Below, in pieces: positions 55,234-64,000 of a stretch of DNA of 64,000 bases. The stretch lies in contig CAVTHK010000013.1 of NCBI GenBank assembly GCA_963734495.1, positions 320,001 to 384,000 of the forward strand, given 5' to 3'. The first letter of the stretch is position 1. Each line of letters begins with the position of its first letter. Both the position numbers and the translations under genes were made by a program. Under the pieces are notes generated by a model. The model did no database searches. It was given only the letters and a program-made list of their open reading frames with translations, and was not told the origin of the DNA. This DNA is from an uncultured Spirochaetota bacterium (GTDB taxonomy: Bacteria; Spirochaetota; Spirochaetia; SZUA-6; CAVTHK01).

Positions 55234-55263
55234 ACCATAGAATCCGCGGCGACCGCGTGTCAA
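55234..55263 (-). promoter_or_regulatory. Promoter TTGACA-N18-TATGGT, leaderless geometry
   Basis: -10 ends 7 nt before ATG 55226. Confidence 0.65.
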
Positions 55264-55326
55264 CGCCTCATCACGGGCCCGGCGCAGCCATGGATGGCGT
55301 CAGCGCCGGGCGCCTCATCACGGGCC
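55264..55326. repeat. 16-bp direct repeat flanking a GC hairpin
   Basis: CGCCTCATCACGGGCC at 55264 and 55311; stem GCCCGGCGC (55277) / GCGCCGGGC (55303). Confidence 0.88.
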
Positions 55327-56067
55327 GGCCCAGTGGAAGGTTTCCCAGTCCGGCACCATCGAGCTGCGCCGCATGTATCTGCCGGCGAAGTCGCCGGGGC
55401 AGCGGCCGGAGGTCGCGACGTCGAGCCCTCCCTCGACCGGTGTCGCGGTGAGCTCGCAGCCTTCGGCCGCAGACCCCGTCCGCAGGCGAACGACCCGCCC
55501 GTCCCAGGCGGCGTACCCCGCAACGTCGCCCGAAGCGGCGCGGCCGCCCGCACCGGCCCACGACGCATAGCCCTGCACCTTGACGCGGCCTGCATCGAGC
55601 AGCAGAAGGTCGAGGGAGCCGCCCGATGCCTGGCCCTCGCGGACGTAGTGGCCGTTGACGGCCTCCGAGCCGGGCAGGTCGTTGGCGACCTCCTCCGCGA
55701 AGAAGGGAAGCTGCCTGTTCTGCGTTGCGCCCTTCCACACGCCTTGCGCGAGGCCGTCGGGCGACAGCTCGAACGCAAGGCGCGCCGTCTCGCGTCCGGC
55801 GGCGTCCAGGGCGCGCAGCTCTGCGCGCGCGCCCTCGGCGCGCCCGACCAGCCGGGCCTCCGGGCCGCCGTCCGCCTGCGTCAATGAGCCGTTCACCGCG
55901 GCCCCTGCGAACGTCAACGTGAGCTCGACGCTCCCGTGCGCGCCCACGACGCCGAGGTACTGCCGCGTCACCGCGGGCGACTGGGCGCACGCCGGCGCCG
56001 TTGCCGCCGCCCACAAGACCGCGCCCGCCAGGACTCCGGCGCACCGGCGCACGTCATTTGCCGTCAT
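55318..56067 (-). CDS. Hypothetical exported protein
   Basis: Signal-like AVLWAAATAPACAQ; beta-rich with a Cys pair near the C-terminus; coding-like GC3. Confidence 0.6.
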   Translation of the reverse strand: MTANDVRRCAGVLAGAVLWAAATAPACAQSPAVTRQYLGVVGAHGSVELTLTFAGAAVNGSLTQADGGPEARLVGRAEGARAELRALDAAGRETARLAFELSPDGLAQGVWKGATQNRQLPFFAEEVANDLPGSEAVNGHYVREGQASGGSLDLLLLDAGRVKVQGYASWAGAGGRAASGDVAGYAAWDGRVVRLRTGSAAEGCELTATPVEGGLDVATSGRCPGDFAGRYMRRSSMVPDWETFHWAGP

Positions 56068-56092
56068 ATACCGATGATCGGCGGTGGACCGG

Positions 56093-56121
56093 TTGCTCCG
56101 CACCGCGCCTTCATTTACCTT
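56093..56121 (+). promoter_or_regulatory. Promoter TTGCTC-N17-TACCTT, leaderless geometry
   Basis: -10 ends 6 nt before GTG 56128. Confidence 0.55.
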
Positions 56122-56127
56122 TGATCC

Positions 56128-57102
56128 GTGATTCTTTCGGAGGCCAGGATCCGGGCGCTCAACAGGCGGGCGGCGGCCGCGGCTGTCGGCGCAGCGGCCG
56201 CGGCGGCGGTGCTGGGCCTGCTCGCAGGCGCCGCGCTGGACCCGCTGCCGCGGGCGGCGCTCGCGCTGGTGCTCGCGCTCGCCGGTTTCGCCGCCGTGTA
56301 CGCGCCCGGCGCCCGCCGCCGCGCCCGCCGCGCGCGCCTCGCCTCCTCGCCGTTCCCGGAGGCGTGGGAGGCGCTGCTGCAGCAGCACGTGGCCTTCTAC
56401 CGCGGGCTGGACGAGGCGGGCCGCGAGCGGTTCCGCCGCGCGGTTGCGCTCTTTCTCGCCGAGAAGAAGGTCACCGGGGTCGACGTGCCCGCCGACGACC
56501 TCGCCCTCGTGCTCGTGGCAGCGAGCGCGGTGATCCCGGTGTTCGGGCTGCCCGAGTGGACCTACCGCAGCGTCGTGGAGGTGCTCGTCTATCCGGAAAG
56601 CTTCGACGATGACTACGAGGTGCGCGCGCGCCGCGGCGACATGCTCGGAATGGCGCCGAGCCAGACCTCGACCATCATCCTCTCGCGCGCCGCGCTGATC
56701 GAAGGCTTCGGTCCGCATCACGGGCTCATGCACGTCGGGATCCACGAGTTCCTGCACGCGATCGACGGCGAGGACGGCGAAGTGGACGGCTACCCGTCGC
56801 TTCTCCTGGATGCGGAGACGGGCCGCGAGTGGGCGCGGATCGCCAGGGAGCACCTCAAGCTGCTCGACCGCGGCGGTACCATCCTCGATTTGTACGCCGG
56901 CGAGGACGAAGGGGAGCTCTTCGCGGTGGCCGGCGAGCACTTCTTTCTCGAGCCCGCGAGCCTCGCCCGCAGCCACCCGGAGCTCTACGGGATCCTGGCA
57001 CGCATGCTGCGCCAGGACCCCGCAGGCCGCGCGGCAGCGCCGCACCGACGCCCCAGGCCGGCTGTCCGAGCCAGGCGGCGGCGCTGGCGGCCGCGGCGCT
57101 GA
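56128..57102 (+). CDS. M90 (MtfA-like) zinc peptidase with two N-terminal TM helices
   Basis: VLVYP..F, IHEFLHAID..DG..DGYP, LDLYA...ELFAV..E.FF.EP. Confidence 0.85.
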   Translation: MILSEARIRALNRRAAAAAVGAAAAAAVLGLLAGAALDPLPRAALALVLALAGFAAVYAPGARRRARRARLASSPFPEAWEALLQQHVAFYRGLDEAGRERFRRAVALFLAEKKVTGVDVPADDLALVLVAASAVIPVFGLPEWTYRSVVEVLVYPESFDDDYEVRARRGDMLGMAPSQTSTIILSRAALIEGFGPHHGLMHVGIHEFLHAIDGEDGEVDGYPSLLLDAETGREWARIAREHLKLLDRGGTILDLYAGEDEGELFAVAGEHFFLEPASLARSHPELYGILARMLRQDPAGRAAAPHRRPRPAVRARRRRWRPRR

Positions 57103-57114
57103 GCTCCGGCGGCG

Positions 57115-57757
57115 CTACTGCCGCCAGGTCGCCCCGAGTCCGAGCCGGTCGGCTGCCGCAAACGGCTCGAAGTGGATGCGGCCGCCCTTGATCCCCTCGG
57201 ATCGCCGCCCGCTCCGCGCTCTGCGACGCGAAATGGCTGAGGATCGCCCGCGCCACAAATCCGCCTGCGAGGATTCCGAGCGAAGGCAGGACGTCCACGA
57301 AGCTCTGCGACTTCCACGCGGTGTCGATCTCCTGGTAGGAGTCGCCGAAGTAGTCCAGGTGGTCGAACTTGACCTCCGCCGGGAGCGCGAAGTAGGCGCC
57401 GACGACCGTGCCCGCCGTGATCAGGATGCCGGCGGCGAGGTAGCCCGCGCCCGCCTTGTCGCCCGCTTTGAGGTTGCCTGCTCCCGGCATGATCCACGAC
57501 GCCTTCCTGACGTCGGCGATGAACTGCAGCTCCTGCATCCGCACCGACGACTCGGCGAGCACCTCGCGCACGTCGCGCACCTTGAGGTCGGAGAGCGCGG
57601 TGGACTCGCGCGGCTCGAGCAGACTGCTGATCTCCCGCAGCGCGAGATCCGCGCGCTCGACATCCATTTCGTCGCCGTGCCGCTCGCGAGGCTTTTCAGC
57701 CCACACGGGCGCAAGAGCCACTGCGAAGGCGCAGAGCGTTACGATGAGCCTGGACAT
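57115..57757 (-). CDS. Hypothetical protein with signal peptide (frameshift near 57200)
   Basis: MSRLIVTLCAFAVALAPVWAE; SWIMPGAG motif followed by hydrophobic segments; 3' end reconstructed as ...LGLGATWRQ*. Confidence 0.6.
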
Positions 57758-57852
57758 GGGTACCCCCGTTTATGTCGCGCCGCCTTCGTGGCGACGCATT
57801 GACGGATTCAACACCGCGCGGGCGCCCCGCTGTCACCGGCGCCGCGGCGGAC

Positions 57853-57881
57853 AAAAAAACCCCCGGACAGATGCCCGGGGG
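57853..57881 (-). terminator. Rho-independent terminator
   Basis: CCCCCGG-loop-CCGGGGG followed by T7 on the minus strand, just after the binding-protein stop. Confidence 0.85.
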
Positions 57882-57903
57882 CCCTCACGTTCGTACGGCC
57901 TCT

Positions 57904-59425
57904 TCAGCCGTTCGGGAACTTGTCGTTCTTCTGAGCCGCGAACTCCTGGAACGCCTTCTTGAACTCCGGCATGGCGCGCAGCTTCAGGATGTAGGCGCGG
58001 TAATCCGCCATCGAGATCTGACCGACGATCGCCTTGATCGTGTTGGCCTGCCATTCGTTCTCGTAGGTCGGCCAGGTCTGGGTCCAGGTGTCGGACATCA
58101 GGAGCTCGAAGGCGTTGACCCTGCCCAGCTTCCCGTAGATCTGGGCATCCTTGAGCTTCTGATCGTTGTACGCCTTGGGGGCGCCGGGGTAGACGACCTT
58201 GGCCCAGTCGTTCTTCATCAGGGTCGTGATCTGCTGTACGGAGGTGCCCACTTCCTTGAGGCCCTGGTCCGTCATGACGCGGACGCCGTCCTTCATGTTG
58301 TAGTGGATGCCCTCGACGCCGAAGTAGACCATGTACAGGTATTCCTCGGTCGCGGTCTTCTCGAAGTAGTCCATGATGCGCAGCATCTTGGCCTGCGGCA
58401 CCTTTTTCGAGATGTACTGCGCGCCGTAGATGCCGGTGGCGAGCAGGGCCGTCTGGCCGCCTTTCGGGTTCTTCAGCGGCGGCAGCGAGATGACCTCGGC
58501 CTTGGGCTGGGTCTTGCGGATCTTCTCCTCGAAGAAGTAGTCGCGCCAGATGTTGCGCGAGTACGAGGCTGCCTTGCCCGAGGCGAAGAGCTCTTCGACA
58601 GCCAGGCGCTTCATGGCCGAGAACTCCTTGGGGAGGCAGTTGTCCGCGTACAGGGTCCGCAGGTACTCGACCATGTCGATGTAGTTGTCCTTGAGGTAGT
58701 TGTGGATCTGCCCGCCCTGCTCGTCGGTCGCCCAGTCGAGGGCGCCGAAGCCGGCCATCAGGTTGGCGCGAGGGCATCGCCGAGCAAGGAGCCCTCGCCG
58801 ACGAGCCCGAGGGTGTCGAGCTTGCCGTTGCCGTCGACGTCGGTGTTGACGATCTTCTTGAGCGCCTGGTGGTACTCCTCGAAGGTCGTCGGCACGGGGA
58901 TGCCCGAGCTGGTCGAGCCAGTCCTTGCGGAACTTGATCTGCACGTCGATCTGCGGGCGGCAGCGCGGCACGCTGTAGAGCTTGCCGTTGACTCTGAGGT
59001 AGTTCCAGGCACCCGGCGTCATGTTGTTCTTGAGGTTGGGGTACTTGGAAAAGTCGCCGAGAACCGGAGTGAGCTCCCAGAAGGCGCCCGCCTGGATCGC
59101 CTTGATGCAGCGTCGGCCGGGTCGCTTCGAGGCTGGTCATCACCTCCGGCAGATCGCCCGAGGCGAGCCTGAGGTCCATCTTCGCGCCGTAGTCGCCCGA
59201 CGGCACCCACTCGATCGTGACCTTGGTGTTCGTCCTCTTCTGGAACTCGGTCCACCAGGCGTTGTTCATGTCGGGGACCGCCTCGAAGAGGCCTGTCATC
59301 CAGGTCATCTCGAGCGGGCCCTGCGCCGTCGCCGCTGCTTTGTCGCCCTGTCCGCCGGCCCATGCTCCGAGCGCGGAGATTGCCAGCAGCGCCAGCGCGA
59401 CCCACAAGACACGTCGCAGGTTCAT
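57904..59425 (-). CDS. Extracellular solute-binding protein, LplA-like (frameshifted)
   Basis: Signal MNLRRVLW...AWAGGQ, LASGDLPE, NGKLYSVP, RKDWLDQLG, DVDGNGKLDT, FGVEGIHY; own TATAAT and SD GGAGG. Confidence 0.88.
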
Positions 59426-59457
59426 CTCTGAACCTCCTTCCCAAAATGGTCGCCCCA

Positions 59458-60730
59458 TTATAGCGGGGCGGTTGACTGAAGCGACAGCATGCGGCGCCGC
59501 GGCCTCGGCCTCGCGGTGCCAGTGGATGAGGACGCCCGAGCGGGCAAGCGACTCCTGCAGCCCCGCGATCGGGACGTCGCGGAGAGCGCGTCGCTCCCGC
59601 GCCGCGAATGCCGCGGCCGTGCCCGCGGCCTGGCCCGTGAGCACGGCCGGCGGGATGACGCGCGAGACCTCCCACGCGTGGCCTTCGGCGTCGATGCTCC
59701 GGCCGGCCGTGATGATGTTGTCGACGCCGTCGGCGACAAGGGTCCCGTACGGGATCTCGTACACGGGACCCGAGCGGCTGAAGTCGCTGATGCAGGCGAT
59801 CGAGTCTTCCGCTTGCCTGCCTTCGTCCGCCTCGGTGAGCCGCGCGAGACCGACGATCCGCCGCGTCGTGCGGAACTGCGCCATCGCCGGGATCGTGATC
59901 ACGGCGGACGACCGCGAGTCGGCGGCGGCCATCTCGCGCCGGAGCAGCTCCCGGCCCTCGAGGATGAACCCCGTGACGTCGCGCGCGTCGAGCCCGACGC
60001 GCCGCGCGGCGCCCTCGGGGTGCCCCTTGCCGAGCCGGTTGGATCCCCATGTCTTGAGCTTGATCGCGAGGCGCACGTCGGCCCCTTCGACCGCCGCGCG
60101 CATCGCCTCGAGCGAGGTCGTGTAGCCGGTGTACGTGAGCCAGTTCTGCCCGCACGTGCAGGGCGCGCCCGCCTTGGCGAACACCTCGGCGTCGCCGGTG
60201 GCGTCGACCACGACGCCGGCGGCGAACGCGGCGCGGCCGCCCTTGTGCTCCACCGCGACGGCCTCGCACCTGCGGCCGCGCATGATGGGGCGCGCGAAGA
60301 CGGTGTCAAAAAGAAGGTCGACGCCGGCGTCCCGCACCCATTCGTCGAGCGCCACGACGAACGCGCAGGGGTTGAAGCGCGTGTGGTAGCGTTCGGCGGT
60401 CGCCGGGCCGCCCGCGACGCGCGCGGGCCTGCCGCGCCAGTGCTCCGGCAGCGTGTCGTAGCCGTAGCGGATCGAGAGGTGCAGCAGCTCTTCGGCCATG
60501 CCGCCCATCACCTTGCGCCCGCGCCCGTCGCAGAGCGGCTCGTACCAGGCGATGAGGCCCAGCGTCGCGAGGCCGCCGAGCATGACGCTCTTTTCCAGCA
60601 GGAGGGCGCGGGCGCCCGCGCGCGCCGCGGCCACAGCCGCGGCGGCCCCGGCGACGCCGCCGCCCACGACCACCACGTCGTAGGATCCGGCGACCGGGGT
60701 GCGCAGGGACTCGCGGACGTCGGACTTCAC
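59458..60730 (-). CDS. FAD-dependent oxidoreductase (FAD_oxidored-type); true stop not visible, end approximate
   Basis: DVVVVGGGVAG, LGGLATLG, VVDATGDA, RTTRRIVG, YEIPYGTL, AGRSI, TGQAAGTAA. Confidence 0.85.
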
Positions 60731-60734
60731 CTTG

Positions 60735-61615
60735 TCATCCTTTGATGGCGCCGATCATGACGCCGCGCACGAAGTAGCGCTGCAGGAACGGGTAGAGCAC
60801 CAGGATCGGCACCATGGCGAGCACGATCGACGCGAGGCGGATCGTCTCGTCGGGAATCCGCCCGTACTCGCTCGAGCCGGCCGTGCCGACGGCGATCGCT
60901 TCGGAGTCGATGACGAGCGTCTTGACGAGGACCTGCAGCATCCACTTCTTCGAGTCCGAGAGGAACATGAGCGGGTAGAAGTAGGAGTTCCAGTGCGCCG
61001 ACGGCAAAGAAGAGCGTGAAGGCCGCGATCGAGGCGCCCGACAGGGGCACGACGATGCGGAAGAAGACGCCGACGTCGTTGCAGCCGTCGATGATCGCCG
61101 CCTCCTCGAGCTCCATCGGGAGCGTCTGCAGGAAGCTCTTGACCACGATCAGGCTCCACGAGTTGGTGAGGCCGAAGAGGATCAGGGACCACGGAGAGTT
61201 GAGAAGGCCGAGCGACTTGATGAGCAGGTAGTTCGGGCACGATGCCCGCGTTGAAGATCAGGGTGAAGAACACGGCGCCGAGGAACGCGCCCCGGCCCGG
61301 CAGCCCCTTGCGCGTCAGGCCGTAGGCGAACGTGTAGGTCACGAAGAGGTTGAGCGCCGTGCCGACGATCGTCACGAAGGCCGTCGTGCGCAGGGAGTTG
61401 GCAAAGGCGCTCGTGGACAGGATGTAGGTGTAGGCCTTGAGAGACCACTTGCGGGGCCAGAGGGAGAACTCGAACGCCCGGTACGCGTCGGGATCGGTGA
61501 AGGAGATGCTGAACACGTAGAGGAGCGGGAACACGCAGGTGAGCGACAGCAGGGCGAGCAGTGCGTAGTTCAGCCAGTCGCCCGCCGTCGTTCTCCTTGT
61601 CTGCAGGAAGCTCAT
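60735..61615 (-). CDS. Carbohydrate ABC permease, LplC-like (2 frameshifts)
   Basis: ELEEAAIIDG, HWNSYF, YPFLQRYFVRGVMIGAIKG. Confidence 0.9.
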
Positions 61616-61656
61616 CGTCCGACCTCCCCGGGTCGGCCGGGTGGAGAAACCCGGGT

Positions 61657-62582
61657 CTAGTAGATGCCTTCATGCCCGAGCCTCTTGACCACCCAGTTCG
61701 AGAAGATCACGAGGGCCATGCCGATGAACCCCTTGAACATCCCGACCGCGACCCCGATGCCGATCAGGCCGCGGCGGACCCCCTGGGTGAACGAGTATGT
61801 GTCGAAGACCTCCGCCACGTCGATCACCAGCGGGTTCTGCATCAGCAGCACCTTTTCCAGAGGCACGCTCGCGATCTGGCCGAGCCTGATGATGAGCAGC
61901 ACGACGATCGTCGGCGCGATGCTCGGAAGGGTGATGTTGCGGATCTGGCCGAATCGCCCGGCGCCGTCGATGACCGCGGCCTCGTAGAGCTGCGGGTCGA
62001 TCCCGGAGATGGCGGCCAGGAACAGGATCGTGCCCCAGCCGCTCTCCTTCCAGATCTCCTGGACGGTCAGTACGCCCCAGAAGTACTGCGGCTGGCTCAG
62101 GAACGGGATCGGCTTGAGGCTCATGTCGATGAGGATCTTGTTGATGATCCCGATGTCGCTCGACAGGATGGTGAACGTCAGCGAGACGACGACCACCCAC
62201 GACAGGAAGTGGGGAAGGTAGACGATCGACTGGTTGATGCGCTTGAACCACTCGTGGCGGACCTCGCTCAGCATGATCGAGAGCACGATCGGCAGCGGGA
62301 AAGAAGAACACGATGATCATGAGGTTGATGACCAGGGTGTTGCGCGCCATCAGGTAGAAGAACCGGTCGCGGAACAGGTCGGAGATGTACTTGAGCCCCA
62401 CCCACTTGCCGGCGAAGAAACCGCTGGCGTAGGGGTTGTACTCCTTGAACGCGAGCAGCAGGCCCCACATGGGCGCGAAGCGGAAGACGAGCAGGTACAG
62501 CGCCCCCGGGCAGCATCAGCAGGTAGATGTAGCGGTACCTGTGGAGCGACGCCCTCAGGCCGCCGCTCGCCTCGCTCTTCAT
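61657..62582 (-). CDS. Carbohydrate ABC permease, LplB-like (2 frameshifts)
   Basis: WVGLK, YLPHFLSWVVV, WKESGWGTI, LYEAAVIDGA. Confidence 0.9.
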
Positions 62583-62706
62583 CTGAAGGACCTCCTTGGA
62601 GGTGGAGCTTACGCGGACGCCGGCTACTATAACGCAGAGCAGGCGATCGCGCCACTGTGCGCGACGCCCCGACGCCCCGGGCGAGGATCGGAGGGCGCCC
62701 GCGGCT

Positions 62707-64000
62707 TCAGCCGGTCTCTTCTCGTCTCCGAGGTAGACCCCGTCGGCGAGCAGCGCCTCCCGGAGCGCGCGGACGTCAAGCTGCCGCGGGCTCACGCCGG
62801 CGCGGCTCGCGAGGGCCGCCGCCGTGCCCGCCGCCTGCCCCTGCGCCATGCACGAGACGGTGTTGCGCGTCGACATGTGGGCCTCGAAGCTCGTCGTGAT
62901 CATGCGGCCCGGCCACGAGGACGCCTTCGATCTTTTTCGGGAGGAGGGCGCGGTACGGGATGCCGTACGCCCCGCCGTTGCGGATCATCAGCTTCGGCGC
63001 CATGTCGTGGAATCCGTAGAGCGCGACTTCGTCGTCGAACCTCCGCGCCTCGAGGATGTCGTCGAGCGACAGGTCGTGCTCGCACTCGATGATGCGCGTG
63101 CGCCTCACCCCGACCTGCACCGTGCTCCACGTGACCGCCGCCTTCTCGAAGCCGGGGATGTGCGCGCGCAGCAAGGCGGCCATGCCCATGACCTGGCCGC
63201 GCAGCACGCGCTCGGCGCGGCTGAGCTCTTCGACGTCGAGGGCGTCGAGGGGCTTGATGTTGGCCGTGTTGATGTAGCTGAGGACGCCGCCGTGCCTCGA
63301 GACGGTGAGCGGGCCCCACATGCCCGCCGGCTCCATGAACGCCTTGAAGACCGGGCAGCTTCTTCAGGTCGAAGCCGATCCTCACGAAGTCGTCGCTGCC
63401 CGCCCCCTTGTCCGCGCGGACGAGCTGCGTGATCATGCCCTTCTCCTGGAGGAAGGCGACCGCCCTCGGCAGGTCCACTCCGGTCATGCCGAAGGGCATG
63501 CCGACGTGCCGCGTCCGGAAAGGTGTTGCGGCACGGGGCGCCCGCGCGCGCCGCCACGTCGCCGTCGCCGGTGCAGTCGACCACGACGCGCGCGAGCAGC
63601 GCCTCGCGGCCCTGACTTGCTCTCGACGAAGACGCCGCGCACCCGGCCGCCCTCGACCACCGCGTCTGCGATCCACGTGTGAAAGAGCACCTTGACCCCG
63701 GCCTCGGCGAGCATCTCGAGCATGACGTGCTTGAAGATCTCGGGGTCGATGATCGTGGCCACGGAGTCGTACGAGTAGCCCTGCGTCTGCTCCAGGTGCC
63801 CGAACGATCCTCCCGCGGCCACGAGCCTGCGCACGATCTCGTCGGGGATGCCGCGGACGACCTGCGTCTTCGGGACGCCGGGGAACGCCTTCCACAGGTT
63901 GAAAAAGCTGTGCAGAGGGCCGGCCCCGTTGATCATGGTGCCGCCCACGAATCCGTACCTCTCCACCAGAACGGTCGATGCGCCCCGACGCGCGGCCGCC
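62707..64000 (-). CDS. FAD-dependent oxidoreductase (FAD_oxidored-type), 5' end outside the window, frameshifted, 3' end approximate
   Basis: ERYGFVGG, VVDCTGDGD, GVRRTRII, YGIPYRALLP, CMAQGQAAGTAAA. Confidence 0.85.

Overview
This is a very GC-rich bacterial chromosomal segment with about 50 tightly packed metabolic, transport and repair genes. The Cys-less 'A(S/G)G(K/Q)' leaders of two sugar-binding proteins are suggestive of Spirochaetia (inference only). Many genes carry single-base frameshifts typical of an unpolished long-read consensus, so they were reconstructed across frames. Recognisable content: an internally deleted CopB-type ATPase, asd, metY, a double-length uvrA, a Re-citrate synthase-like enzyme with a Cache-like C-terminus, two carbohydrate ABC clusters, a hexitol/tagatose (GatZ) cluster and glcD. 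The strongest candidates for undescribed biology are: (i) a two-gene module of a free-standing propeptide-like protein plus a cytoplasmic subtilase with an amber codon at the pro/mature junction and a probable histone-H1-like basic tail (10.7-12.5 kb); (ii) a stand-alone class II aminoacyl-tRNA-synthetase catalytic paralogue (2.7-3.6 kb); (iii) a flavodoxin-like quinone reductase fused to a MenA-like prenyltransferase that faces a second prenyltransferase (22.6-25.2 kb); (iv) a membrane methyltransferase fused to tandem C-GCAxxG-C-C domains; and (v) pervasive leaderless-type promoters. No rRNA, tRNA, CRISPR array or intact mobile element was seen.
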